A DNA stretch of 64,000 nucleotides from Candidatus Peribacteraceae bacterium (GTDB lineage Bacteria; Patescibacteriota; Gracilibacteria; Peribacterales; Peribacteraceae), in the NCBI GenBank assembly GCA_041666245.1, contig JBAYHG010000008.1, forward strand, positions 16,049 to 80,048. Reading direction: 5' to 3'. Position numbers and translations under genes: made by a program. Positions 1 through 8,494 of this stretch are shown here, one piece after another (the first letter of the stretch is position 1; every line of letters starts with the position of its first letter). Below the pieces are notes generated by a model. That model was not told the DNA's origin and made no database searches. It saw nothing but the letters and a program-made list of their open reading frames with translations.

Positions 1-141
1 ATCGGTCCCGGCGAGAAACTTGTTCGCATTGTCGCAGTACGCCTGGTGATGCTTGTCATGGTGGATGTGCATCGTCACCTCATCGATGAAGGGCTCCAGC
101 GCGTCGTAGGGATAGGGAAGGTCGGGGAGGACGTATGCCAT
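1..141 (-). CDS. Fe/Mn superoxide dismutase, N-terminal 47 codons only (gene runs off the left edge)
   Basis: Reverse translation from ATG at 139-141: [47 protein letters not shown]. This is the conserved Fe/Mn-SOD N-terminus (LPxLPYxYDALEP, HHxKHH). Confidence 0.85.
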   Translation of the reverse strand, partial: MAYVLPDLPYPYDALEPFIDEVTMHIHHDKHHQAYCDNANKFLAGTD

Positions 142-253
142 AGGGAAGAATGGGAATGAATGAGGAACGGTATCGGTTTCTCCTCTTGTGGGCAATCAAC
201 AAGACCAAAGTCTTATCCTCTCAGAACCCCGAATTCCTTCTATACTGTCCCTG

Positions 254-1324
254 ATGGAAATCCGCCTCCTCACGACTCCCGGGGAACTGTCGGCCTACGA
301 CCTATGGGTGAAACATCACCCGCAGGGCAGCCTGTGGCAGTCCATTGAATGGAAAGGCTATCAGGAGGCATTCGGGCGGCAAACGCGCGTCTACGGGGCA
401 ATGGAGGGCTCTCAGATCCTCGCAAGCGCCCTGGTGATCATCGACCGGACGGCTGGGGGATTCTGCACGTGGGATATTCCCCGCGGACCCCTCGCCCTTG
501 GAATGGAAAATGAGAAATGGAAAATGGGAAATGAATGGAAACCATTCTTGGACCGCATCATCTTGAGTGCTCAAAGAGAAAAATGTCTCAGTCTGTTCCT
601 GTCTCCCCCTGCTCCATTTTCAATTTTCAATTTTCAATTTTCCATTCGCCCCTCAGGGCGCCACGAACAACCCGAAGCCACACGGATCTTGGATCTGACA
701 CAACCGGAAGAAGCCCTCCTGGCACAGATGCACCAGAAAGGCCGCTACAACATCAAAGTGGCTGAAAAACACGGCGTGCGCGTGGAGGAGTCCAAAGACA
801 TCGATGCCTTCTACGCGCTCCTGAAGGAGACCGGCGGTCGAGACGCTTTCGGCATCAAGCCGAAGACTCACTACGAGGCCTTCTTGAAGGAACTGCCGGG
901 GAGCTTTCTCCTGCTGGCGTACGCAGCGCAGAACGACAGCGTGCGCCCTTCTCCCGGAACGGGGGTGGGGATGGGGGCGAACAGCCCAGGCTACAAGGAA
1001 GCCCTCGCCGGCCTTCTCGGAATCATCTGGAATGGAACCGGAGTGTATTACTACGGGGCGAGTTCCTATGCCCACAGAGCCCTCATGGCGCCCTACCTGC
1101 TCCAATGGGAGGCGATGAAGCGCTGCAAGGCCCTCGGATGCGTTTCCTATGATCTCCTGGGCATCTCTCCCCCGGGAGCCCCCCAAAGCCATCCCTGGAC
1201 CGGAGTATCGGCCTTCAAGGAGAAATTCGGCGGGACAGTCGTCACATATCCCCCGGAGCAGCAGATCGTGCTACGGCCCGTATTGAATAGCCTCTTGGGG
1301 CTGAAGCGGAAATTCTTTGGATAA
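254..1324 (+). CDS. FemAB-family peptidoglycan interpeptide-bridge aminoacyltransferase (FemX-like)
   Basis: ORF 188..1324; first ATG at 254 (MEIRLLTTPGEL). Family-typical blocks: HQKGRYNIKVAEKHGV, YYYGASSYAHRALMAPYLLQWEAMKRCKALGCVSYDLLGI, FKEKFGG. A TATACT hexamer at 241-246 lies 7 nt before the ATG. Confidence 0.75.
   Translation: MEIRLLTTPGELSAYDLWVKHHPQGSLWQSIEWKGYQEAFGRQTRVYGAMEGSQILASALVIIDRTAGGFCTWDIPRGPLALGMENEKWKMGNEWKPFLDRIILSAQREKCLSLFLSPPAPFSIFNFQFSIRPSGRHEQPEATRILDLTQPEEALLAQMHQKGRYNIKVAEKHGVRVEESKDIDAFYALLKETGGRDAFGIKPKTHYEAFLKELPGSFLLLAYAAQNDSVRPSPGTGVGMGANSPGYKEALAGLLGIIWNGTGVYYYGASSYAHRALMAPYLLQWEAMKRCKALGCVSYDLLGISPPGAPQSHPWTGVSAFKEKFGGTVVTYPPEQQIVLRPVLNSLLGLKRKFFG
500..647. 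repeat. Tandem-word fold-back repeat inside the femAB reading frame (word GGAAAAT/GAAAATT)
   Basis: Left arm 500-541: ggaatggaaaatgagaaatggaaaatgggaaatgaatggaaa. Right arm 613-647: tccattttcaattttcaattttcaattttccattc, an imperfect reverse complement. The ~70 nt between the arms stays in frame. Confidence 0.6.
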
Positions 1325-1463
1325 TTTGCTTCCCCTTCCCCTCCCCCATGGGGAGGTCGGGTGGGGGATGAGTGCGGCGAAGCGCGGGTCTCGCGGGTTC
1401 CCGCGCTGGAGCCGCACCTTGAAGGAGGGTGTCCATGAGGGAACCTTGGTTCCCTCATGCATC

Positions 1464-1492
1464 AAAAAGAGCCCCCTCACTCTAGAGGGGGC
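1464..1492 (-). terminator. Intrinsic terminator downstream of the SLH-protein gene (hairpin could also act on femAB)
   Basis: Stem gccccctc (1471-1478) / gagggggc (1485-1492), 6-nt loop. The A-run at 1464-1468 gives a T-tract after the stem on the minus strand. Confidence 0.6.
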
Positions 1493-1529
1493 CCTTTCGT
1501 GCCTATTTTGGGCAAAGATCACACGATGA

Positions 1530-4500
1530 TCAGCTCTGGTAGTTCGTGGAGTTGACGGACGTGTCTGAGTACTCGACCCAGTTGAAGTCTTGTGCGACGG
1601 CTGTCTGATCCTCGTAGTCGGACCACTGCATGTGGCTCGTCGTGGAGGAGAACGTCGAGTTCGTGCTGGACGCGAAGTCCTGCAGAGACACAAGAATGTT
1701 CGATGTGTTGGTCGCAACGACATCGGGGTTCGTGACATTCGCCCTCAGGACGAAGGTCTTGTTCGAACCTGGATCGATCTTCGTGTCGACCGTTCCCGTG
1801 CGGATATTGTCGCATTGCACGAGGAATGCGCCGGAGTTCGACATGACGATCGGAGTACCGGCTGTCGTGAACGTGTTACACGCGTGGGTCGCCGATGTGT
1901 TGGCCTTGTTGTAGAAGACCCAAGAAGTGTAATCGATGGCAACGTTCGTGGCGGTGACGTTGAAGATCACGCCGGAGAGCGTGAACTTGTTGAGACCGTT
2001 CTTCGTGTTGTTGTTCGTGAGAGCGGAGAACTTGAAGACACCCAGCTCCTTCACGCCAGACGGCACGTTGGAACCGTTTGCATCCGCGTTCGCGTTCACG
2101 ATGGAATCAAGCTTCGAGAGAACGGTGATGTTCTGTGCTCCGGCAATGTACGTCCCGGACGACGTGACCGTCGATGTACCGATGAAGACTTCGCCATCAT
2201 CGGTCTGATCGTCATCGTTGCCCGCGAGGTTGTTGCTGGAATCCACGCCGCGTGCGCGGACCGCGCCCGTACCCGTGGCGCTGCTGTTTGCAGAGTTCAT
2301 ATCGATCCAGAATGACACACCGGTTCCGGAAGTGGCTCCGGACTCGTCGCCCTTCATGCTGGGCTTCACGAGCACATTGACCTCGTCAGCCTTCGGCACA
2401 ACGAGTTGCTGGCTCTGCATGCTGGCGCAGAAAGTCGTGACTTGCGCTTGAGCAGCACCGTTTACGAGACCGGGGTTGAAACCTGGGACATCATCCGATC
2501 CACAGTTGTTCGTCGTGGCGGAAGCGAAAGGTGTCGTCTGTCCGACCTTATAGAGATCGAGACGGTCGACCGACTTCGCCTTGGAACCGGAGGACGTGAG
2601 CTGGAGGTTCGTGATGTCGATCGGCTCGTTGATCGCGCGGAAGTTCAAGCTGAGGACGGATTCACCCAGCGCACCAGCGAGGAGCTGGCGGCTGCGGATG
2701 GTCTCCTTCTTCGTGACGAAGAGTGTTCCCTGCGAGACCAGGCTGTATGACGGGGAATTGGCTGTCGTGACCGTCACGTCGCATGTGCTTGCGCAGGTAC
2801 CGTTCGTCTTGATGCCGGAGAGGCTCGTGCCGCGATCGACGGTCTCCGCCTCAACGTAGGAGGTGGAACCCGTTGCGAAGCGCAACTGGAGCGTCGTGGC
2901 GGTCGTGAGGGACCCCGCGATGTCCGCGTGGACCTCGAACTTCACCGTCTGCTCTTTGCCGACGACGAAGCCGCCGTTTGTGATGCCGTCGAACGTGATG
3001 GTGTTGGCGGAGGCCGACTTCCCGCTGTCGAGGATCGTATCGACCGTGCCGTCGCCATCCGTGTCAACCCAGAGTCCGTAGTTCACGCCGTTCTGGAGGG
3101 CTGTTGCACCGCCCACCGCCTCGAAGATAGCCTTCGTGAGGAGAACGGACTTGGCCTCACCCGCGCGTGCCTCGAACTGGAGGAGACGGATGTTCTTGGC
3201 GTTCTTCACTGCGGTCTCCGTGCTCGTGAGAGACTTGACGGTGACCGTGAAGGACGCATCGGCGATGCGCTGCGCATTACCGACGATGGTGCCGCGAGGA
3301 CGAACATCCTGGACCTTGTCGCTCGTGGAGAGACCCTCGAGTTCCAGGTTCCAAGTCGTGGTCGTCGCGTTCGCCGTGATGCCGTTGAAACTGCATCCCA
3401 CCGTGTTCGTGGCGTTGCTGATTTGAGTGGGCTCACCGCAGATCAAAGCCCTGAATTGATCACCCTGTGTGGGGGAGACGCCTGTGCCGTTGTCGGTGAA
3501 GTCGACCTTCAACTGCCAGTTCTCCGTGCCATTCACGGTGAAGTCATCGAAGCGGTAGATCTGGAAGGTGGCTGTCGTCGCTCCGGCGTTGGTGCCGAAT
3601 TCCGTGGAACCCGTCAGTTGGACGCCCTCGATGGAGCGGCCCGTCGTGGCGTTGCGCAGAGTGACGCTGCTCATCACTTCACTGATATCGTCGAAACTCG
3701 TGCCATTACCATGGCCAACGGCCAAGGTCGCACCGGTAACGGTGTTGCCCTGAACCGCGATGTACATCTTCTTGACGTTCACTGTCTCACCGCCCGTCGT
3801 GAAGACGACGTTGGCGAGGACCGCATCCGTCTGGTCGCGTGTGAAGGTCTGCTGCGACGGTCCGTTGATGGCGATCGTGAACTGTCCCGCATCGACCGTG
3901 ATGGACGAAACGGTCCCCGTGGGCGTACCCACTGAGGAGCCATAGAGCTGTCCGTTGACGCCGTAGCCGTAGAGGGAACCGACCGCGAAGATGTCCGATG
4001 TTTCGTCGAAGTCGATCTGGACTGTCTTGGCTGCGCCGCCGACGAGATCACCGATCACTTCGAGGGTGATCCTGTCGCCCTCGAGAACGGTGAAGGGCGG
4101 GCTGAATGTGAGCGCTGCGAACTTGCTCCTGAATTGATCAACCGAGTTGGTGATGACGGTCTTGTCCGTGCGGCGGATGCGGATGTTCGTGACATCGCCG
4201 TCGGAAACCGTGCCCGCCTGATGGAGGGTCATGGCGTAGAGCGTCTGATCCTCGATGGAGTTCGTGGAAACCTCGAACTTACCGAGAACGACGTCCTTGT
4301 CGCCGACTTCCAAAGCGGAAGGCGTGACGGTGCGGTACGCCACAGAGAGCGTGCCGCTCGTGATTGCTCCCACGCGGAAGCTGTTACCCCGGAGGGGGAA
4401 GTTGCCCGAGAGCGACTTCGCGTTCGTCACGAGATCGGAAGCGAGCTCCACTGCGAAGTTGTGCTCCGCGGAAGCTGTAGCCGAAGTCGCGATGTCCGCA

Positions 4501-5768
4501 ACGACATCGACCGTGACGGTCTTGCAGGCCGGCACGACGAGGGGGGACACGAAGCGAACCTCAGCTGTCTGGTCCTTGGAATCGATGGTGCGCTCGCGGG
4601 AAACGCGACCGCCGTCGATCGTTGCGTACACGGCGTCGATATCTCCTTTGTCACCGAAGCCCTCATGGAGGACGGTGAGTGTCTCGACTGTCACGCTGTC
4701 ATCGCAGGAAGCCGTGAGGTCGAGGGAGAGCATCGGAACGGTGTGGGCACCCTTGGGTACCGTGTCACCGATCGGGTTGCTGGAGGAAACGGTCACTTCG
4801 AGGGTGCCGTTGCCCTGCGGGAGGGCGCTGTATCCCATGAAGGTGGCCGTGTCCGAGAAGGTGTCGCCATCGGCGGTCTTCATGTTGGAGACCGTGAGGG
4901 CGTACTCCTTATTGGCCGTCATCGCGGAGGAGAAGACGAGTTCGACGGTCTTCTCGCTCGTGAGCGTGGCGGACGTGATGGTCAGAGCCGGAGAGACGGC
5001 GTAGTTGGCAATCGTCTCGGCGGCGGTCTTGTCGACAGCGACGTTGAAGTCAACCAGCACTTTCACGGTGGAAGCCGCGGAAGCATTGGAAACTGCCGGT
5101 GCAGCGGTCTGTCCGCCACCGCAGTCAGTGCCGTAGGCGAGGCCCTGATCAACGCGGTTGAGCATGACGACCATTTCTGCGCGGTTCATATTGTCCGTCG
5201 GGCGGACGCGGCCTGTGGCCCCGTCACCCTGGAGGACGCAGTGGTCCGCAGCGATCTGGATCGCGTCGGTGTACCACTGACCGGATGGGTTGTCGACGAA
5301 CGTCGGAGCGTCAGACGTCGACTCGAGCCCGAAGGCGCGAACGATGAGTGCTGCCGCCTCGGCGCGCGAGACGTTGGAGGTGGGCCGGGCGTAGCACGGG
5401 TGGCTGCCGTAGCAGTTACCGTCGCCCTTGACCCAGCCTTCCTTGCCGGCCTCCTCCATGTACCCGTAGAACCAAGCTGACGCCTTGACGTCGTCGAAGC
5501 TCGGAACTGCCGGAGCAGTGGAGAGGATTCCGCCGTTCAGCTCCACGACGAGTTTCGTGAACTCAGCGCGGTTGGCCGTATCGGTGGCCCGGAAATTTGG
5601 CTGTGAGGCATCGAGGTAGCCGGCGTCCGTAAAGGACTTCACGGCCTCCTCATACCACACGCCTGCGGGAACGTCCGCGTAGGCGGCGATTGCTGTCGAC
5701 ACAGTCGAGAGCATCATCGCTACGGCGGAGAACCCTGCGAGGACTTTCTTCAAACGAGAAATGTCCAT
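1530..5768 (-). CDS. S-layer-type surface protein: signal peptide, three SLH domains, long beta-rich repeat region, conserved C-terminal domain (1412 aa)
   Basis: ORF 1530..6092, with start placed at ATG 5768 (MDISRLKKVLAGFSAVAMMLSTVSTAIAAYA, a signal peptide). SLH-like segments: DVPAGVWYEEAVKSFTDAGY, FDDVKASAWFYGYMEEAGKEGW, FVDNPSGQWYTDAIQIAADHCV. The upstream 108 codons of the ORF are Arg/Pro-rich and look like junk. Confidence 0.85.
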   Translation of the reverse strand: MDISRLKKVLAGFSAVAMMLSTVSTAIAAYADVPAGVWYEEAVKSFTDAGYLDASQPNFRATDTANRAEFTKLVVELNGGILSTAPAVPSFDDVKASAWFYGYMEEAGKEGWVKGDGNCYGSHPCYARPTSNVSRAEAAALIVRAFGLESTSDAPTFVDNPSGQWYTDAIQIAADHCVLQGDGATGRVRPTDNMNRAEMVVMLNRVDQGLAYGTDCGGGQTAAPAVSNASAASTVKVLVDFNVAVDKTAAETIANYAVSPALTITSATLTSEKTVELVFSSAMTANKEYALTVSNMKTADGDTFSDTATFMGYSALPQGNGTLEVTVSSSNPIGDTVPKGAHTVPMLSLDLTASCDDSVTVETLTVLHEGFGDKGDIDAVYATIDGGRVSRERTIDSKDQTAEVRFVSPLVVPACKTVTVDVVADIATSATASAEHNFAVELASDLVTNAKSLSGNFPLRGNSFRVGAITSGTLSVAYRTVTPSALEVGDKDVVLGKFEVSTNSIEDQTLYAMTLHQAGTVSDGDVTNIRIRRTDKTVITNSVDQFRSKFAALTFSPPFTVLEGDRITLEVIGDLVGGAAKTVQIDFDETSDIFAVGSLYGYGVNGQLYGSSVGTPTGTVSSITVDAGQFTIAINGPSQQTFTRDQTDAVLANVVFTTGGETVNVKKMYIAVQGNTVTGATLAVGHGNGTSFDDISEVMSSVTLRNATTGRSIEGVQLTGSTEFGTNAGATTATFQIYRFDDFTVNGTENWQLKVDFTDNGTGVSPTQGDQFRALICGEPTQISNATNTVGCSFNGITANATTTTWNLELEGLSTSDKVQDVRPRGTIVGNAQRIADASFTVTVKSLTSTETAVKNAKNIRLLQFEARAGEAKSVLLTKAIFEAVGGATALQNGVNYGLWVDTDGDGTVDTILDSGKSASANTITFDGITNGGFVVGKEQTVKFEVHADIAGSLTTATTLQLRFATGSTSYVEAETVDRGTSLSGIKTNGTCASTCDVTVTTANSPSYSLVSQGTLFVTKKETIRSRQLLAGALGESVLSLNFRAINEPIDITNLQLTSSGSKAKSVDRLDLYKVGQTTPFASATTNNCGSDDVPGFNPGLVNGAAQAQVTTFCASMQSQQLVVPKADEVNVLVKPSMKGDESGATSGTGVSFWIDMNSANSSATGTGAVRARGVDSSNNLAGNDDDQTDDGEVFIGTSTVTSSGTYIAGAQNITVLSKLDSIVNANADANGSNVPSGVKELGVFKFSALTNNNTKNGLNKFTLSGVIFNVTATNVAIDYTSWVFYNKANTSATHACNTFTTAGTPIVMSNSGAFLVQCDNIRTGTVDTKIDPGSNKTFVLRANVTNPDVVATNTSNILVSLQDFASSTNSTFSSTTSHMQWSDYEDQTAVAQDFNWVEYSDTSVNSTNYQS

Positions 5769-5949
5769 AAGGTAGGGAAGAAAAAGGAAATAAAAACGAA
5801 GGGAGATGAAGATGGGTATTCGTGAGGAAGGGGAGTGCGACTCCCTGGCGTCTTTCGCCTCGTGTCGTGAGATGAGCGCCCGCCGCCGGAAATGTCCGGG
5901 GAATAGGGGCACTCTTCTCCTTAAATATAAAGAGCACACACCAAGTGAA

Positions 5950-5966
5950 GACACCTTATATATAGG
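5950..5966 (-). promoter_or_regulatory. 17-nt motif CCTATATATAAGGTGTC (minus strand), ~180 nt upstream of the SLH-protein start; candidate promoter or operator
   Basis: Exact 17-mer gacaccttatatatagg on the plus strand, repeated at 6575-6591. It has a near-palindromic TATA-like core. A second TATTTAAGG box lies ~30 nt downstream on the minus strand. Confidence 0.35.
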
Positions 5967-6346
5967 GAATCGTAATCGTCCCCTGAGAAGAGGACAGATC
6001 AGCACTCTGGATACGAGACACGACCCTGCCCGTCTCGCAGCACAAAGGAAGCGAACGGGAGGATGTGATTCTTGTCCTGTTGGACAGGGCAAGCTGCCGA
6101 ATTGTCAAGGAACACGTACGTATGATCCTGCCCACCTTCTGCTGAGCAGATCAGCGGGATACTAGCGAAACGGCTCCATTTGAAGCAAGCCTCGCAGTCT
6201 CAAAGGTGGCAGGACAGAGAACGCAATGGATCCATGTGCGTTACGCACGCTCAGGAGCCATGTGGGGCTTTAAATCAATAATTTTTGCAGCAAATGCGAT
6301 TTTCTCCGATGATTTCACACGCGAAATGGCTGCTCTCCTCGAAATT

Positions 6347-6505
6347 TCATCTCATGTAATTGTTGTTGCATTTGATGGCTTTTCGTTCAAAGAATAATTT
6401 TTGTGCACGGTTATTTGTACAATCAGTCAACCCCATTTCACATATTCCCCGCTTGTTGAGCTCCACAACTTCAGCTTTTGCTCTTCTATAAGCCATTCTC
6501 TTCAT
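6347..6505 (-). CDS. Candidate small basic protein (52 aa) in the AT-rich island
   Basis: My own translation: MKRMAYRRAKAEVVELNKRGICEMGLTDCTNNRAQKLFFERKAIKCNNNYMR. It lies ~70 nt downstream of the second copy of the 17-mer motif. No homolog recognised and no SD. Confidence 0.2.
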   Translation of the reverse strand: MKRMAYRRAKAEVVELNKRGICEMGLTDCTNNRAQKLFFERKAIKCNNNYMR

Positions 6506-6574
6506 TTCAATGTTCTTAATCTCAGAAACGAGTCACAGGGGGCAAAGGAACGATGTTCATTTCCCTTCACCTCC

Positions 6575-6591
6575 GACACCTTATATATAGG
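6575..6591 (-). promoter_or_regulatory. Second exact copy of the 17-nt motif CCTATATATAAGGTGTC
   Basis: Identical to 5950-5966 in the same orientation, at the edge of the AT-rich stretch 6200-6620. Confidence 0.35.
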
Positions 6592-6654
6592 AAGAGGTGC
6601 TAGATGGACCTTATGTAAAAGAAGATTTACAAAATATGCAGACCGTTCGTGACG

Positions 6655-6700
6655 AGTTGGAGGATTCCGAAGAGTCCGATGAAGCCGAAGAATCCGAGGG
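6655..6700. repeat. Solo arm of the GAATCCGAG word repeat
   Basis: Sequence: gaggattccgaagagtccgatgaagccgaagaatccgagggat. It shares the 15-mer ccgaagaatccgagg with the reverse complement of the right arm at 21031-21074. No complementary arm is nearby. Confidence 0.4.
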
Positions 6701-6763
6701 ATACAACAAACAGAGAACAGTACATGGCGAGGCTCCGCGCGCCACCCTTCGACTCGCTTCGCT

Positions 6764-6801
6764 CGCTCAGGGCAGGCGGATCGCGCGGCTTGCCCTGAGC
6801 G
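6764..6801. repeat. GC-rich palindromic (REP-like) hairpin
   Basis: Perfect 11-bp stem cgctcagggca (6764-6774) / tgccctgagcg (6791-6801). The gccctgagc/cgaaggg vocabulary recurs at 44997-45036 and 63190-63262. Confidence 0.5.
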
Positions 6802-6850
6802 GCTCCCCTAGAATGCGAGAGGGAGGAGACGAAGTGGAGAGTTTTCATTG

Positions 6851-6883
6851 CTACTTTCTCTGTCGAGCAGACAGAGAAAGTAG
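6851..6883 (-). terminator. Stem-loop 15 nt downstream of the cysS stop (no U-tract)
   Basis: Perfect 13-bp stem ctactttctctgt (6851-6863) / acagagaaagtag (6871-6883) with a 7-nt loop. Confidence 0.4.
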
Positions 6884-6897
6884 GGAGGTTCATTCGA

Positions 6898-8370
6898 TCA
6901 CTTCTTTCTAACCTTCGTCCCCTCTTTCGTGTCTCTCACTTCGAATCCCCTGCTCTGCAATTCATCGCGCAAACGGTCTGATTCCTTGAAGTCCTTGCGA
7001 AGACGCGCGGCATCGCGTTCCTTCGCGAGATCCTGAACCTCCTCCGGAACGGTCTCCTCCTCCGGCTCGAAGCAGCCAAAGGTTTTACGAACCATCGCGA
7101 TGAATTTTAATGTCTCATTCAAGCCCTGCGCATCGAAATATTTTCCAACGCGCGTCGCGTTCATTGCTTCAAATATGATGGCAAGAGCTGCGGGTGTATT
7201 GAGATCCGCATTCATTGCATCTGCGAATTGATCAGACCATGACGACACTGTTTCAGCCGGAAGAAGATCGTCCACTGACGTCACAGGCTTCATTAATGTC
7301 ATCCAACTCATCCACTCCACGATCTTCCGTCTCGCCTTCCGCGCATCTTCCAACCCTTTCTCCATAAACTTGAGCTGCGTGCGGTAATGGACCGAAAGAA
7401 ACAGGTACCGGAGGTCCAGGGGGCTGAATCCCTTGGCAACAATGTCCGGTACGCTTAGCACGTTGCCAAGACTCTTGGACATTTTGAGCTCGCCCATGTC
7501 GATACGCCTTTTGTGCAGCCAGAAGCGGGAAAATGGCGCTTTGCCACTACACTCGCTCTGCGCGATCTCGCACTCGTGATGCGGAAAGATGTTGTCCTCG
7601 CCGCCCGTGTGGATGTCCAATTGCTCACCCAGGAACTTGCGTGACATGGCGGTGCATTCGATGTGCCAACCGGGGAAGCCCGCCTTCGCATCCTCACCCT
7701 CCGTGTAGATCCGCTCGCCTTCGGGATACGTCCACCGGAGCAGGTGCTTGCTATTGTCACCGACACACTTCTTCCAGAGCGCGAAATCCGCGGGGTGGCG
7801 CTTCTCCTCATTCACCTCCACGCGTGATCCCGCTTCGAGAGCGTCCAGCGTGTTGCCGGAAAGTTTCCCGTACTCCTTGAACGTGTGCACGTCGAAGTAG
7901 ATGCCGTCGCCGGTCTCGTACGCGTTTCCGTTCTTCATCAATGTCTGGATCGTCGCGATCATCTCCTTGATCGTCTCGGTGGCTCGGGGGCGCGCGAAGG
8001 GTTCCTTGATGCGCAGCGCCGCCTCGTCGGCGAGGAACTCCGCCTCGTACTTTTTGGCTACATCAAGCGGATCTTTCTTCTCCTTCTTCGCCTGTTTTTC
8101 GATCTTGTCCTCGCCTTCATCGGCATCGGCAACAAGGTGGCCAACGTCCGTAATGTTCTTCACGTGCTTCACGGAGTAGCCCTTCACCTCCAACCACCGT
8201 CGCAGCAAATCCGCCATGAGGAACGACGAATAATTTCCGATGTGTGGCCGTCCGTAGACTGTCGGCCCGCAGGTATACATCCGGACTTTCTTCGGCTCGA
8301 GCGTCGTAAACTCCTCCTCACGCTTCATGAGCGTGTTGTAGAGACGGAGATTTGAAGAGATGCCGGACAT
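6898..8370 (-). CDS. cysS: Cysteinyl-tRNA synthetase
   Basis: Class I aaRS signatures: [15 protein letters not shown] (HIGH-type) and KMSKSLGN (KMSKS). 490 aa, full-length architecture. Confidence 0.95.
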   Translation of the reverse strand: MSGISSNLRLYNTLMKREEEFTTLEPKKVRMYTCGPTVYGRPHIGNYSSFLMADLLRRWLEVKGYSVKHVKNITDVGHLVADADEGEDKIEKQAKKEKKDPLDVAKKYEAEFLADEAALRIKEPFARPRATETIKEMIATIQTLMKNGNAYETGDGIYFDVHTFKEYGKLSGNTLDALEAGSRVEVNEEKRHPADFALWKKCVGDNSKHLLRWTYPEGERIYTEGEDAKAGFPGWHIECTAMSRKFLGEQLDIHTGGEDNIFPHHECEIAQSECSGKAPFSRFWLHKRRIDMGELKMSKSLGNVLSVPDIVAKGFSPLDLRYLFLSVHYRTQLKFMEKGLEDARKARRKIVEWMSWMTLMKPVTSVDDLLPAETVSSWSDQFADAMNADLNTPAALAIIFEAMNATRVGKYFDAQGLNETLKFIAMVRKTFGCFEPEEETVPEEVQDLAKERDAARLRKDFKESDRLRDELQSRGFEVRDTKEGTKVRKK

Positions 8371-8494
8371 CGGGACCAGTATAAGGATGGAAGGACTTGC
8401 CGCATATGAAATTGCCAGGCGTTCGAGTGAACGCCTGGCGGGAGCCGCAAGAGTTGCGACCCCTGAATCGCCAGAGTGGCGATTCTAGACCGCC

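Noticed and set aside
1317-1529. 70-aa ORF beginning PLPLPHGEVGWG
   Set aside because: It is a translation of GC-rich palindromic repeats and the terminator between femAB and the SLH gene, not a gene.
4134-5480. 448-aa plus-strand ORF opposite the SLH-protein gene
   Set aside because: It is an antisense shadow ORF with Arg/Gly/Val-rich composition. The minus-strand frame has SLH domains and a coherent repeat structure.
6627-6893. 88-aa minus-strand ORF ending in a hydrophobic peptide (MYCSLFVVSLGFFGFIGLFGILQL)
   Set aside because: The hydrophobic part is simply the translation of the GAATCCGAG word repeat (6655-6700). The rest spans GC-rich palindromes, and there are no start signals.
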